Source: Bryobacteraceae bacterium
GTDB taxonomy: Bacteria > Acidobacteriota > Terriglobia > Bryobacterales > Bryobacteraceae
Assembly (NCBI GenBank): GCA_963825845.1
Contig: CAWGVL010000047.1
Location: forward strand, 40,416-104,415
Direction: 5' to 3'
Length of the DNA: 64,000 nt
This document shows, in pieces, positions 1 through 8,511 of the stretch (positions within the stretch are counted from its first letter, which is position 1; every line of letters starts with the position of its first letter). The notes beneath the pieces are model-generated. The model worked only from the letters and a program-made list of their open reading frames with translations. It was not told the DNA's origin and did no database searches. The position numbers and the translations under genes are program-made.

Positions 1-614
1 ATCCGAGAAAACGTAAACGAAGCAATCCGTGCCCGGGAAGTCCGCGCGGTCTTTCCGGATGGCACGTCGAAGTCATGCCGACTTCCGCCGCTGTGCGCAA
101 GGCGCAGGAAATGGGACTTGACCTGATCCTGATCGCGCCCACGGCCGAGCCGCCCGTCGCCAAGGCGATGGATTATGGCCAATGGCAGTACGAAAACAAG
201 AAGAAACAGCACGACGCCAAGAGAAAGCAGCACATCATCCAGGTGAAGGAGCTGAAGTTCCGCCCCAACACCGACGACCACGATTACGATTTCAAGAAAA
301 ACCACGCCATTCGCTTTCTCAAGGAAGGCAACCGCGTGAAGGCGGTCGTGCAGTTCCGCGGCCGCGAAATCGCGCACGTCGATCTCGGCAAGAAGCTGCT
401 GATGCGGTTTGCCGGGACTTGCAGCAGTACGGCGCCGTCGAAGGGCAGCCGCGGCTCGAAGGCCGCAACGCGCACGTGATCATCAGTCCGGTAAGAAGGA
501 CAAGGCAAAGAGCCCGAAAGAAGAAGGCCGGCAGAGAACAGGAAACCGCGGCTCGCCGCGGATCCCCCGCCGCCTGCGCCCGAAGCGACCGGCGGCAGCT
601 GCACTGTCGGTTAA
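1..614 (+). pseudogene. infC: translation initiation factor IF-3, 5'-partial (window edge); reading frame broken at least twice as given (sequencing error or pseudogene)
   Basis: Frame 1 (1-72) reads IRENVNEAIRAREVRAVFPDGTSK. Frame 3 ORF 75-479 reads AAVRKAQEMGLDLILIAPTAEPPVAKAMDYG...KELKFRPNTDDHDYDFK...VVQFRGREIAHVDLGKKLL. Frame 2 from ~417 reads [26 protein letters not shown]. The pieces are colinear with IF-3 N-domain, linker and C-domain. Breaks lie near 70-75 and 414-418. The 3' end, somewhere between ~495 and 614, is unresolved. Confidence 0.85.
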
Positions 615-1137
615 TAAAACAGGTATTTCCGCCACTGATCGTCGCTCTTCCCGAGCAGACGCATCAGATGGCGACTGGTGTGCAGGCTGAACGGCCGAGG
701 CGCTGCGAGCCAGTTTCATGCCCGCTTCCTCCGGCGTGCGATTCCCCTTGCGGTTATTGCAGGAATGGCAGCACGCCACCAGGTTTTCCCAGGTGGTTTC
801 GCCGGCCGCGAGCGCGGAATCACATGATCAAGCGTCAGATCGCCGCCGGCGGAGTGCGCAGGCAGTACTGGCAAGTGTAGCGGTCGCGCATCAGGATGTT
901 TTTGCGCGATAGGGCGCGGGTTTGATGCGGGATGCGGCGGTATTCGAGCAGCCGGATGACAGAGGGGAGCGTCAGGTTATGCGCGGGAGGAATGGATTGC
1001 AACGGGGCGTGCTCTTCTGCGGTGGCCACGCCTTTCAACACCAGCACGAGCGCGCGCCGCGCAGCACAAACGTTGATCGGCTCGTAGCTCGCGTTCAGAA
1101 CGAGAACCGGTCTGCCCAAACGATCCACTACTGGCAT
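611..1137 (-). pseudogene. small HNH endonuclease, frame broken at least 3 times as given
   Basis: ORF 835-1137 reads [13 protein letters not shown]...[21 protein letters not shown] follows in a second frame. [30 protein letters not shown] follows in the frame of ORF 483-779. [27 protein letters not shown]-stop (TAA at 611-613) is in a third frame. The HNH motif (H..N..H, CxxC pairs) is recognisable. Confidence 0.75.
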
Positions 1138-1222
1138 CGACTAAGCTCCTCCAATTCGCTCCCTCTAAGAGGGTCGCTCAACTTCTAAGAGGGGCAGCCG
1201 CACGCCATTACGAGCGAACCGG

Positions 1223-1945
1223 CTAAACCCTCGTCAGACTCTTCCTTCGGTCCGCTCGAGCAAGGGTCAACACGGTCACCCGCTTCGCCCCCGCTCGTTT
1301 CAGCACCGCCGAGCAGGCGCTTGCCGTCGCGCCTGTCGTCAATACGTCGTCTATGAGCAAGACGTGTCGACCTTGCACCTCCTGACGACGCTTTACTTCA
1401 AATGCGCCGGCGACATTCGTCCGTCGCTGCGCGCGTGTCAATCCTGCCTGCGGATCTGTTCGTTTTCGCCGCTGTAAGCTTTTCGCCAGCGGGATTCCGG
1501 TACGCTTGGCCAGGAACTTAGCCAGCAACTCCGATTGATTGAAGCCGCGCTCCAGCCGCTTGCGCCAATGCAGCGGCATTGGAACAATCACATCGAAGTT
1601 CTGCTCTCGCGGCAGAGCTCCGTTCAGCAATCGACCAAGAGGAGAGGCCAGCGGCTTCACACCGCCGTACTTGAATACGTGAATCAGCTTCCGCAACGTC
1701 CCGTCGTATTCGCCGTACGAGTAAACGGCATCAAATCCATTCAGGCCGCTCCGGCATAGAGCACACCGGCCGTTTTCGTCGAGGGGAGCCGAGTTCAGAA
1801 AAGGACTCCGGCAATCAACGCAGAAGTACTCTGCGAGAAAAGGCTTAGGGGCGTCGAGACACGTGAGGCAGACTGGGATTCTGGAGACGTTTTCGAGGCG
1901 CTGGCCGCATACGCGGCAATCGTCAGGGAAGACGAGGTTAAACAG
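1223..1945 (-). CDS. comF: ComF family protein (phosphoribosyltransferase domain with N-terminal double zinc ribbon); start codon unresolved
   Basis: ORF 1223-1696 ends with the PRT motif HVLLIDDVLTTGATA. In frame upstream (1697-1945) it reads LFNLVFPDDCRVCGQRLENVSRIPVCLTCL...FCVDCRSPF...GRCALCRSG, the ComF-type CxxC zinc ribbons. There is no ATG/GTG/TTG in frame above 1696, although the frame stays open to 2044. Confidence 0.75.
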   Translation of the reverse strand: MFNLVFPDDCRVCGQRLENVSRIPVCLTCLDAPKPFLAEYFCVDCRSPFLNSAPLDENGRCALCRSGLNGFDAVYSYGEYDGTLRKLIHVFKYGGVKPLASPLGRLLNGALPREQNFDVIVPMPLHWRKRLERGFNQSELLAKFLAKRTGIPLAKSLQRRKRTDPQAGLTRAQRRTNVAGAFEVKRRQEVQGRHVLLIDDVLTTGATASACSAVLKRAGAKRVTVLTLARADRRKSLTRV

Positions 1946-2080
1946 CGCTGAGGGGATTACCCTTACTGCGCGAGAATCGATGTGCGACGTAACTGTTTTT
2001 AGCCATCGAGTGGGGAAGATCCACCTCCACCGAGCAAAAACATTCTAGCACGTTATTGATCGGACTTGCAGACACTCCCC

Positions 2081-2128
2081 TGTAGCTGTAGCTGTAGCTG
2101 TAGCTGTAGCTGTAGCTGTAGCTGTCGC
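2081..2128. repeat. hexanucleotide microsatellite (TGTAGC)x7 plus one degenerate unit TGTCGC
   Basis: Read directly: seven perfect head-to-tail TGTAGC units at 2081-2122, then TGTCGC at 2123-2128. It is intergenic, abutting the stop (2128-2130) of the next gene and lying upstream of comF. Confidence 0.95.
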
Positions 2129-3492
2129 TAGCGCTTCGGCTCGAAAGGTGGATACGGCAGGGTGTCTGGAACCACGCGAACGGCAGATGTCACTTTCAGC
2201 GGGTACTTCCCGACCGCAGGGTATGTCAACTCGACAAAGTACGCGGACCAGCCCGTATCAGGCTTGTCGACCTTCGCCACCCACTCTCCGCGTTTCGGGC
2301 TCTGAACGGGTGAATCCTTCCACGACCGCCCGATCGTATCCACCCGAAAATCCCGAGCCTTGGGATTCGTCGCTTGCCACAGTTTCACCGCCGAGGGTTC
2401 ACCCGAAGCCTTGACGCGAATCGTTCCGTCGTTCTCGAACTTCCAAGTTACTTTGGGCCGGGCGCGCTCATTCAGAAAGGCATCGTAGTACGCCTGAACA
2501 TTGTCGAAAGCGTCGGTGCCCCGCATTGAATGCTCGCTATTCGGTACGTATCGCAGATACTTCTCACCCTTTAGATCGTCGAAGTAGAACTGCGAGGAAT
2601 CCGGCAGAAAGAACTGATCCCCAGTGGCATTCACCAAATACTTCGGGATCGTCAGCCGGTCCCGATACTCATATGGATCCTCGATTTTCATCAGAGCGCG
2701 ATATTCGGGCGTGCCCTGCCAATCGGTTATCTTCATATCCACATAGTCCTTGATCGCAGGAGCCCAAAACCCATAGGCCTGCCAGTGATGTCGAAACGAA
2801 GCCTCAACATTGAGCAGGTCAATGACGATCGGAATGATGGCCGTGACACGCTTATCAACTGCGGCCGTGGCCCATGTCGTCCACCCCCGCTTGGAGGCGC
2901 CGGAGACCACAAACTTATCGACGACTACCTTACCGCCCGCTTCGCTCGCGCAGAATGCCGTCACGGTGTCCATCGCTCGAACCGCGCTCTTCGTCATCGG
3001 CAGTCGCGCCGGCCATTTCTCATCGCCACCTCGTAGGAATTTGTCCCATGAGTATGCGATCAACTCATCCTCTACCCGTCCCTTGCTCTCCCCTGCAAAC
3101 ACGATCGGTTGATTCGGAACCATTCGCAACTCCGTTACAACCGTACCCGTATCGATGGCCATCGACGTCAGATTCGCCGGGGGTTGCGCCGGCGCGTTAG
3201 ATCCGTTCGCTCCACCGGTGATGAACAGCAGACCAGTAGAATGCTTCAGTTCCTTCGGCTTGATAATCGTGACCCAGTGGCGCCACTCCGGCCGGTCCAC
3301 CTCGGCAGCCGAGCGCCATGTTTGGGACGTCATGTCCAGCACGTACGCCGTGTACCCGTCGCCTGAAAGCGTCTTTATGACCTCAAATCTATAGCTCGGA
3401 TCAGGGGACGCGACATACCGGTCCAGCGCAGTCTGCTTTTCGGCTGTGAGTATTTGGGTGAGAAATAAACAAATCAGGAGCGCTCGGAGCAC
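2128..3492 (-). CDS. secreted PhoPQ-activated pathogenicity-related protein family (PqaA-type) protein
   Basis: 454-aa ORF with an N-terminal signal-like segment MLRALLICLFLTQILTA. LDRYVASPDPSYRFEV...GLLFITGG...VVSGASKRGWTTW...ATGDQFFLPDS matches my memory of the PhoPQ_related family. The family name is recalled from memory and has not been searched. Confidence 0.6.
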   Translation of the reverse strand: MLRALLICLFLTQILTAEKQTALDRYVASPDPSYRFEVIKTLSGDGYTAYVLDMTSQTWRSAAEVDRPEWRHWVTIIKPKELKHSTGLLFITGGANGSNAPAQPPANLTSMAIDTGTVVTELRMVPNQPIVFAGESKGRVEDELIAYSWDKFLRGGDEKWPARLPMTKSAVRAMDTVTAFCASEAGGKVVVDKFVVSGASKRGWTTWATAAVDKRVTAIIPIVIDLLNVEASFRHHWQAYGFWAPAIKDYVDMKITDWQGTPEYRALMKIEDPYEYRDRLTIPKYLVNATGDQFFLPDSSQFYFDDLKGEKYLRYVPNSEHSMRGTDAFDNVQAYYDAFLNERARPKVTWKFENDGTIRVKASGEPSAVKLWQATNPKARDFRVDTIGRSWKDSPVQSPKRGEWVAKVDKPDTGWSAYFVELTYPAVGKYPLKVTSAVRVVPDTLPYPPFEPKR

Positions 3493-3568
3493 GGTTCTTC
3501 GTCCTTTCTACGCGTTTATTCGATAGGGCGCCGAGAACAGATACTACCACGAACATTTTCGACAACCT

Positions 3569-4138
3569 ATGAAAAGATCGTTATTGTCAGGCTTACTGCT
3601 GTCACAGATCGGGCTGTTTGCTGTCGAACCGGCTCGATATGAGTTCAAGGTTTTAGCCACTTCGAAAACGTCGACCATGGAGAAGGAGATGAACAACGCC
3701 GCCGAGGCGGGGTACTCGTTCCAAGGCGTCATGGGAGGCGAGACAGCGTTCGGCGGCAAAGAAGTAGTGGTAATCATGGGCCGGACGGCGGGCCGGAAGC
3801 TAAGAACCTATAAACTCCTCGCCGCCAATAAGACATCCACGCTCGAGAAGGAAATGCAGGACGCCGCCGATGCAGGTTACGAGTACAAGGGACAAACAAT
3901 TTTCGAATCCGCGTTCGGTGGCCGTGAAGTCAGCGTGATTATGGAGCGCGATCTGGAATCGTCATCGAAAGGAACGAGATATAGATTGATTGCCACAGCA
4001 CGTACGTCCACGCTTGAGAAAGAGCTCGCGGAGTCAGGCGTCCAAGGCTACGCTGTCGTCGGAATGACCGTATCAAAGACTGCATTCGGCGGTAACGAGG
4101 TTGTAAGCATCCTTAAGCGCGCCGGCTCCGCAGAGTAG
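3569..4138 (+). CDS. secreted protein made of three tandem ~55-aa repeats (weak DUF4177-like resemblance); function unknown
   Basis: Signal-like N-terminus MKRSLLSGLLLSQIGLFA. Three repeats follow: YEFKVLATSKTSTMEKEMNNAAEAGYSFQG...FGGKEVVVIM / YKLLAANKTSTLEKEMQDAADAGYEYKG...FGGREVSVIM / YRLIATARTSTLEKELAESGVQGYAVVG...FGGNEVVSIL. Confidence 0.6.
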   Translation: MKRSLLSGLLLSQIGLFAVEPARYEFKVLATSKTSTMEKEMNNAAEAGYSFQGVMGGETAFGGKEVVVIMGRTAGRKLRTYKLLAANKTSTLEKEMQDAADAGYEYKGQTIFESAFGGREVSVIMERDLESSSKGTRYRLIATARTSTLEKELAESGVQGYAVVGMTVSKTAFGGNEVVSILKRAGSAE

Positions 4139-4182
4139 TGTGTACGAAATAGCTGCCATTTTTACCGTTCGCTTCTCTCGGG

Positions 4183-5517
4183 ATGCCGAGCGTTATGAAC
4201 CCGCGATATGATGTCGCCTTGGGGACCAACGTTTCAGTACAACCGAAGACAAAGACACCTGCCTGGTGGCAGCAGGAAGATTGGATGGCGGTGTGGCTCG
4301 GCGGCTTCTTTCTCGTCGCGGTTCTGCTTGGCCTGCGTCTACCGCTGCCCGCATTCAAATGGTCGGACTCGGCCTCTCTTGGAACAATCGCCAGCTCGGG
4401 CGTTCTCGGACAACTGGCCCTCATCTGTGGTATCTATCTGGCTACATCTTTACCAGGCGCCGTTGCGCTCGGCGCCAAGGCGGGTCGCTACGTCACTGGT
4501 TTCCCGTTCGTCTTCGTACTTGCCTGGCTCGCGCAGGTAGCCGCCGGCAATGCGACCGCCAATTACTGGGGAATCGAGTACGTCATTTTCGCGCTGATCT
4601 TGGGCCTGTTTGTCAGCAATGTGATTGGGGTACCTGCATGGCTGCAGGAGGCAGTCCGGACCGAGTACTACATCAAAACGGGCCTCGTGATCATGGGGGC
4701 CACCATTCTGTTTCAGGAGATTATGACCGCGGGCGCTCTCGGCATGCTCCAGGCGGTGGCGGTTGTCATTGTGATCTGGTATCTCACGTTCTGGCTCGCG
4801 AAGCGGTTGCGCCTCGACGATGAGTTCGCGGCCATGCTCGCCTCGGCTGTTTCCATTTGCGGTGTATCGGCCGCCATCGCAACGTGCGGCGCCATACAAG
4901 GCGATCGACGGAAGCTCAGCTACGTCGCGTCACTAGTGCTAATCGTGGCAGTCCCGATGATCGTTATCCAGCCCTGGATTATCCGCGGCATCAACATGCC
5001 GGACATTGTGGGTGGAGCTTGGCTCGGAGGCACACTCGACACGACCGGATCCGTTGTCGCGGCCAGCGCATTGATCAGCGAAACCGCGATGAAGATCGGG
5101 ACCATCGTGAAGTTCTCCCAGAACGTACTCATCGGCTTCGCAGCATTCTTCCTTTCTATCTGGTGGACGATACGCCGTCCCGTCGAAGGTCAGGAACGCC
5201 CGACCGTAGGGGTAATCTGGGAGCGCTTCCCGAAGTTCGTCCTCGGCTTCATCGTCTCATCGCTCGTATTTTCGCTGCTCGTCGATGCGAATACTGTCAA
5301 AGCTACGAAATCCTTGATTGGCGGCCTGCGCACGTGGTGGTTCGCCCTAGCGTTCACGTCCATCGGATTGGAAACGAAGTTCACTGACCTGCTGTCGATG
5401 GAAGGTGGAAGGCCGTTCGTCGCCTTTATGGGAGGCCAGTTCGCGAACCTGATATGGACTCTGCTCCTGGCTTATTTGATCTTCGGGGGTGTCTTCTTCG
5501 CCCCTCCGTCGATCTAG
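4183..5517 (+). CDS. multi-pass inner-membrane protein, YeiH/UPF0324-like (putative sulfate exporter family), tentative
   Basis: 444-aa ORF, hydrophobic throughout with about 10 or more TM stretches. The segment GLVIMGATILFQEIM...ASAVSICGVSAAIATCGAI resembles UPF0324 proteins. The family assignment is from memory only. Confidence 0.5.
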   Translation: MPSVMNPRYDVALGTNVSVQPKTKTPAWWQQEDWMAVWLGGFFLVAVLLGLRLPLPAFKWSDSASLGTIASSGVLGQLALICGIYLATSLPGAVALGAKAGRYVTGFPFVFVLAWLAQVAAGNATANYWGIEYVIFALILGLFVSNVIGVPAWLQEAVRTEYYIKTGLVIMGATILFQEIMTAGALGMLQAVAVVIVIWYLTFWLAKRLRLDDEFAAMLASAVSICGVSAAIATCGAIQGDRRKLSYVASLVLIVAVPMIVIQPWIIRGINMPDIVGGAWLGGTLDTTGSVVAASALISETAMKIGTIVKFSQNVLIGFAAFFLSIWWTIRRPVEGQERPTVGVIWERFPKFVLGFIVSSLVFSLLVDANTVKATKSLIGGLRTWWFALAFTSIGLETKFTDLLSMEGGRPFVAFMGGQFANLIWTLLLAYLIFGGVFFAPPSI

Positions 5518-5747
5518 CGAGAATTGGCCATTTTGGAGCACTCGGGCTTTCGCTTTGACCATCGGGAGCCCTTCAAATCCAACGCGCTGATACAGGTCGC
5601 TGGACGCATCGCGTACGAGACCGGAGACGCGAACAACGTCGACCCCTCATGCAGAATCCTGCAGGCGGACGCCGGCGAGCGAGAATGTCTAAAGGCTCGC
5701 TTGACTGTACTATAAAACTAGTACAGTATTATCCTCGGAGGGTATCG

Positions 5748-6180
5748 ATGCATTCTTTCGCAATCGCGATTCTTCTTGCCTACACCGAGCTGACTTCGTC
5801 GCAGTTTGTCGGAAAATGGGAAGGCAAGTTCAACGATCTTCCCGCCATTGAAATCACCCTTGTCCCCGACCAGGACCGCATCAGCGGTACGATCGGATTC
5901 GTTTTTCAGCAGCGCAGAGCGGATGGCAGTTGGGAGGCAAAGGACATTCACACCACTCCCATTCTTTCGCCGAACGTGCAAGGCGGCCACTCTGACTTTC
6001 GAGACCGCGCACCACAAATCGCACGGCAGCGCTGAATTCGGCCCGAATGTACGTTTTCAGATGACGGTCGTAAACAGCACCGAGGCACGCCTATTCAAGA
6101 TCGGCGACGGAAATCCTTCGGGACCAGGGCTGAAGCTCACGAAAACGAACGGTCGGAAGCAAAAAGGGCCGAGACGTTAA
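5748..6180 (+). pseudogene. small secreted hypothetical protein, one frame break near 5975-5985
   Basis: GGAGGG lies 7 nt before the ATG at 5748. MHSFAIAILLAYTELTSSQFVGKWEG...ILSPNVQG continues in the frame of ORF 5806-6180 as TLTFETAHHKSHGSAEFGPNVRFQMTVVNSTEARLFKIGDGN. No family recognised. Confidence 0.4.
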
Positions 6181-6189
6181 TCTCGGCCC
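6161..6189 (-). terminator. intrinsic terminator of rpoD (perfect 9-bp stem, 6-nt loop, U5 tail on the minus strand)
   Basis: GGGCCGAGA (6166-6174), loop CGTTAA, TCTCGGCCC (6181-6189). On the minus strand the stem is followed by TTTTT (6165-6161). It lies 26 nt downstream of the rpoD stop. The loop contains the TAA of the convergent plus-strand ORF. Confidence 0.65.
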
Positions 6190-6215
6190 TTCGCACAACT
6201 AAATTAAATTGCTAA

Positions 6216-7751
6216 CTAACGTGCCGCAAGCAGCGCACGCAGGTGTCGAGCCCGCTCAGGTGAGCGAAGTTGGCGGAGCGCCTTCGCTTCAATCTGCCGG
6301 ATGCGTTCACGCGTAACGTCGAACTCCTGCCCGATCTCCTCGAGGGTATGTTCACGTTCACACCCGATACCGAAGCGGAGCCGAATAACCTTCTCCTCCT
6401 TGGGAGAAAGCGTCTTCAGGATATTTGCCGTCTCATCGCGAACGTTGGAATCGATGACCGCATCGACTGGGGAACCTACCCACCGGTCCTCGATCAAGTC
6501 GCCCAGCGCAGACTCACCGTCGCGTCCAACCGGTGTCTCGAGAGAGACCGGATCGCGAGAGATCGTCTTCAGCTTTTGCACCTTCTCAACCGGAATATCC
6601 ATCCGGCGGCTGATTTCATCATTCGTCGGAGCACGACCCAGTTCCTTCTCGAGTTCACGAGTTGCCCGGAGGAACTTGTTCATGCTCTCGTTCATGTGCA
6701 CCGGAATACGAATCGTACGAGACTGGTCCGCGATGGCTCGCGTGATCGCCTGCCGTATCCACCAGGTGGCATATGTAGAGAACTTATAGCCGCGGCGATA
6801 CTCGAACTTGTCGGCCGCGCGCATCAGACCGATATTGCCTTCCTGGATCAAATCCAGAAGGTGCAGACCGCGGTTCACATACTTCTTTGCCACCGAAACG
6901 ACGAGTCGAAGGTTGGCCTCAACCAGATCCTTCTTGGCCTTCTCAGCCTCGATCTCACCATGCCGGATGACCAGCAAGGTATGCCGCAGATCGGAAAGGC
7001 TGGCGCCCGCCATCAACTCACGCTTCCGAGCCTCGCGCTTGAGCTCCCGAACCCGCGCCTGATTCGCTGGATCGCTGTGATCATCCAGACGCTTCAATTC
7101 GGATTCGATTTGGGCCAGTTCGTCGGCAGCCCGCTCCAGTTCTTTCCCGAACTGCTTCCAGCGGCTGCCCAGAAATGGAATAGCCCGAATCCCCTTGGAT
7201 GTCTCGACTCGCGCACGGCTGTACTTCATGACAGCCTTTTTGCGGAGCTTTTTGTTGGTCGGCGTAACCGCGTTCGCCTTATCCATCAACTGCTGCTGCT
7301 TCTTGTACAACGCAGAAACATCAGCAAAGAGTTGCTTGGCTTCTTCCCGGCGCTTCTTGTCCGCCGGACTGCCCTCTTCGATCTCCGCATTGCCGAGATC
7401 CACCAGGTCATCAAGATCCTGGATCTCCCGCTTGATATTTTCAGCGATCTCAACTACCAGTTGCTGAACAAGAGGCGACCGGCTGATCGACTTCTGCATC
7501 CGGAGCTTCCCGCGCTCCATTTTGCGGGCGAGGCTAACCTCACCATCGCGGGTCAGAAGGGGTACGGCACCCATTTCGCGCAAATAAACGCGAACGGGAT
7601 CGTCCGTATAGATCGATTCTTCTACTGGTGCGCCAGCTTGTGGATCGTCGGTATCCTGCTCTTCTGGATGAAAAAATGCTGTATCGTCGTCAAAAGGAAT
7701 GCCAAGCGGCTCTGTCGCGTCGCCTATATACTGATCTTCAAAATGATCCAC
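6216..7751 (-). CDS. rpoD: primary RNA polymerase sigma factor (sigma-70)
   Basis: 511 aa with an acidic N-terminus. Region 2 reads [56 protein letters not shown]. Region 4 reads [26 protein letters not shown]. Confidence 0.95.
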   Translation of the reverse strand: MDHFEDQYIGDATEPLGIPFDDDTAFFHPEEQDTDDPQAGAPVEESIYTDDPVRVYLREMGAVPLLTRDGEVSLARKMERGKLRMQKSISRSPLVQQLVVEIAENIKREIQDLDDLVDLGNAEIEEGSPADKKRREEAKQLFADVSALYKKQQQLMDKANAVTPTNKKLRKKAVMKYSRARVETSKGIRAIPFLGSRWKQFGKELERAADELAQIESELKRLDDHSDPANQARVRELKREARKRELMAGASLSDLRHTLLVIRHGEIEAEKAKKDLVEANLRLVVSVAKKYVNRGLHLLDLIQEGNIGLMRAADKFEYRRGYKFSTYATWWIRQAITRAIADQSRTIRIPVHMNESMNKFLRATRELEKELGRAPTNDEISRRMDIPVEKVQKLKTISRDPVSLETPVGRDGESALGDLIEDRWVGSPVDAVIDSNVRDETANILKTLSPKEEKVIRLRFGIGCEREHTLEEIGQEFDVTRERIRQIEAKALRQLRSPERARHLRALLAAR

Positions 7752-7893
7752 TTCAGACTCACCTCCCCGCTATAAGAATGCAATGTTCAAGGGAGTGCCC
7801 GGGGGTTGGCCTCCGCAGTGCCGGAATACCTGTGGAAAACCATCCGGCGATGGTAGGAGACGACTGCAAAAGATGTGTACGCAGTGCAGGTCC

Positions 7894-7922
7894 AGTATAG
7901 CACCAATCTTCTGCCGAGTTAA
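7894..7922 (-). promoter_or_regulatory. candidate sigma-70 promoter for rpoD
   Basis: Minus strand reads TTAACT (7922-7917), 17 nt, TATACT (7899-7894), with TGC immediately upstream of the -10. This would give a ~135-nt leader. It is a consensus match only. Confidence 0.3.
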
Positions 7923-7997
7923 GCCCTATGTACAAGATGTTTCTAACGGCTTTCCGTTTCAAGTAATTCTTACAGTAGGACTTCTGCTGCCCTTGTA

Positions 7998-8507
7998 CTA
8001 TTTGGATGCGCGCCGATGCCCCGACGTAACACCTCTGAGTTGTTTTATGCCCTCTTTTTGCTTCACCAAATCGCTGACCTCCCGGAGAAACGCATCCACG
8101 TCCTGGAAATCCCGGTAGACCGAGGCGAATCGAACGTAAGCAATCTTATCCAGTCCCTTCAGGCTCTCCATAAGCAGTTCCCCTATCTCTACAGTCGATA
8201 ACTCCCGATCCGAGGTTTCCGACAGTTTCGTCTCAACGTCATCAATGATTTCCGCCAGCTTCCCCATGCTGATAGGCCGTTTCTCACTGGCTTTCACGAG
8301 ACCCTGCATCACTTTCTGACGGTCAAACTTCTCACGCCGGCCATCTTTCTTGACAACCATGTAAGGAATCTCATCAATCCGCTCGTATGTCGTAAATCGA
8401 CGAGCGCATTTCAGGCACTCTCGGCGGCGTCGGATCGACTCGCCTTCTTTGCTCTCTCTCGAGTCAATGACCTTGTCTTCCGGATAGGTGCAAAACGGGC
8501 AACGCAT
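7998..8507 (-). CDS. nrdR: transcriptional repressor NrdR
   Basis: MRCPFCTYPEDKVIDSRESKEG..RRRRECLKCARRFTTYE is the zinc ribbon. It is followed by an ATP-cone: VVKKDGRREKFDRQKV...AYVRFASVYRDFQDV. Confidence 0.93.
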   Translation of the reverse strand: MRCPFCTYPEDKVIDSRESKEGESIRRRRECLKCARRFTTYERIDEIPYMVVKKDGRREKFDRQKVMQGLVKASEKRPISMGKLAEIIDDVETKLSETSDRELSTVEIGELLMESLKGLDKIAYVRFASVYRDFQDVDAFLREVSDLVKQKEGIKQLRGVTSGHRRASK

Positions 8508-8511
8508 ACCC

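Noticed and set aside
60-420. Programmed ribosomal frameshifting in infC, by analogy with prfB or dnaX.
   Set aside because: There is no slippery heptamer or stimulatory structure at either break, and no known precedent for IF-3. Similar breaks occur in many unrelated genes in the window. The known infC peculiarity is an unusual start codon, not frameshifting.
2081-2128. The tandem repeat as a possible CRISPR array or a coding repeat.
   Set aside because: The unit is only 6 nt with no spacers, so it is not CRISPR. One plus-strand frame is all TAG stops, and the array lies between the stop of one gene and the upstream region of another. It is therefore not coding.
6270-7775. A 501-aa plus-strand ORF, the longest of several large antisense ORFs. 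Others: 182-880, 10034-10501, 12054-12875, 20033-20722, 27418-28122, 28106-29071, 28560-29387.
   Set aside because: Each lies exactly opposite a gene with an unmistakable family signature (rpoD, infC/HNH, ECF operon, RND pump, cysN, cysD). Their translations are Arg/Ala/Pro/Ser-rich with no motifs. These are typical shadow ORFs of GC-rich DNA.
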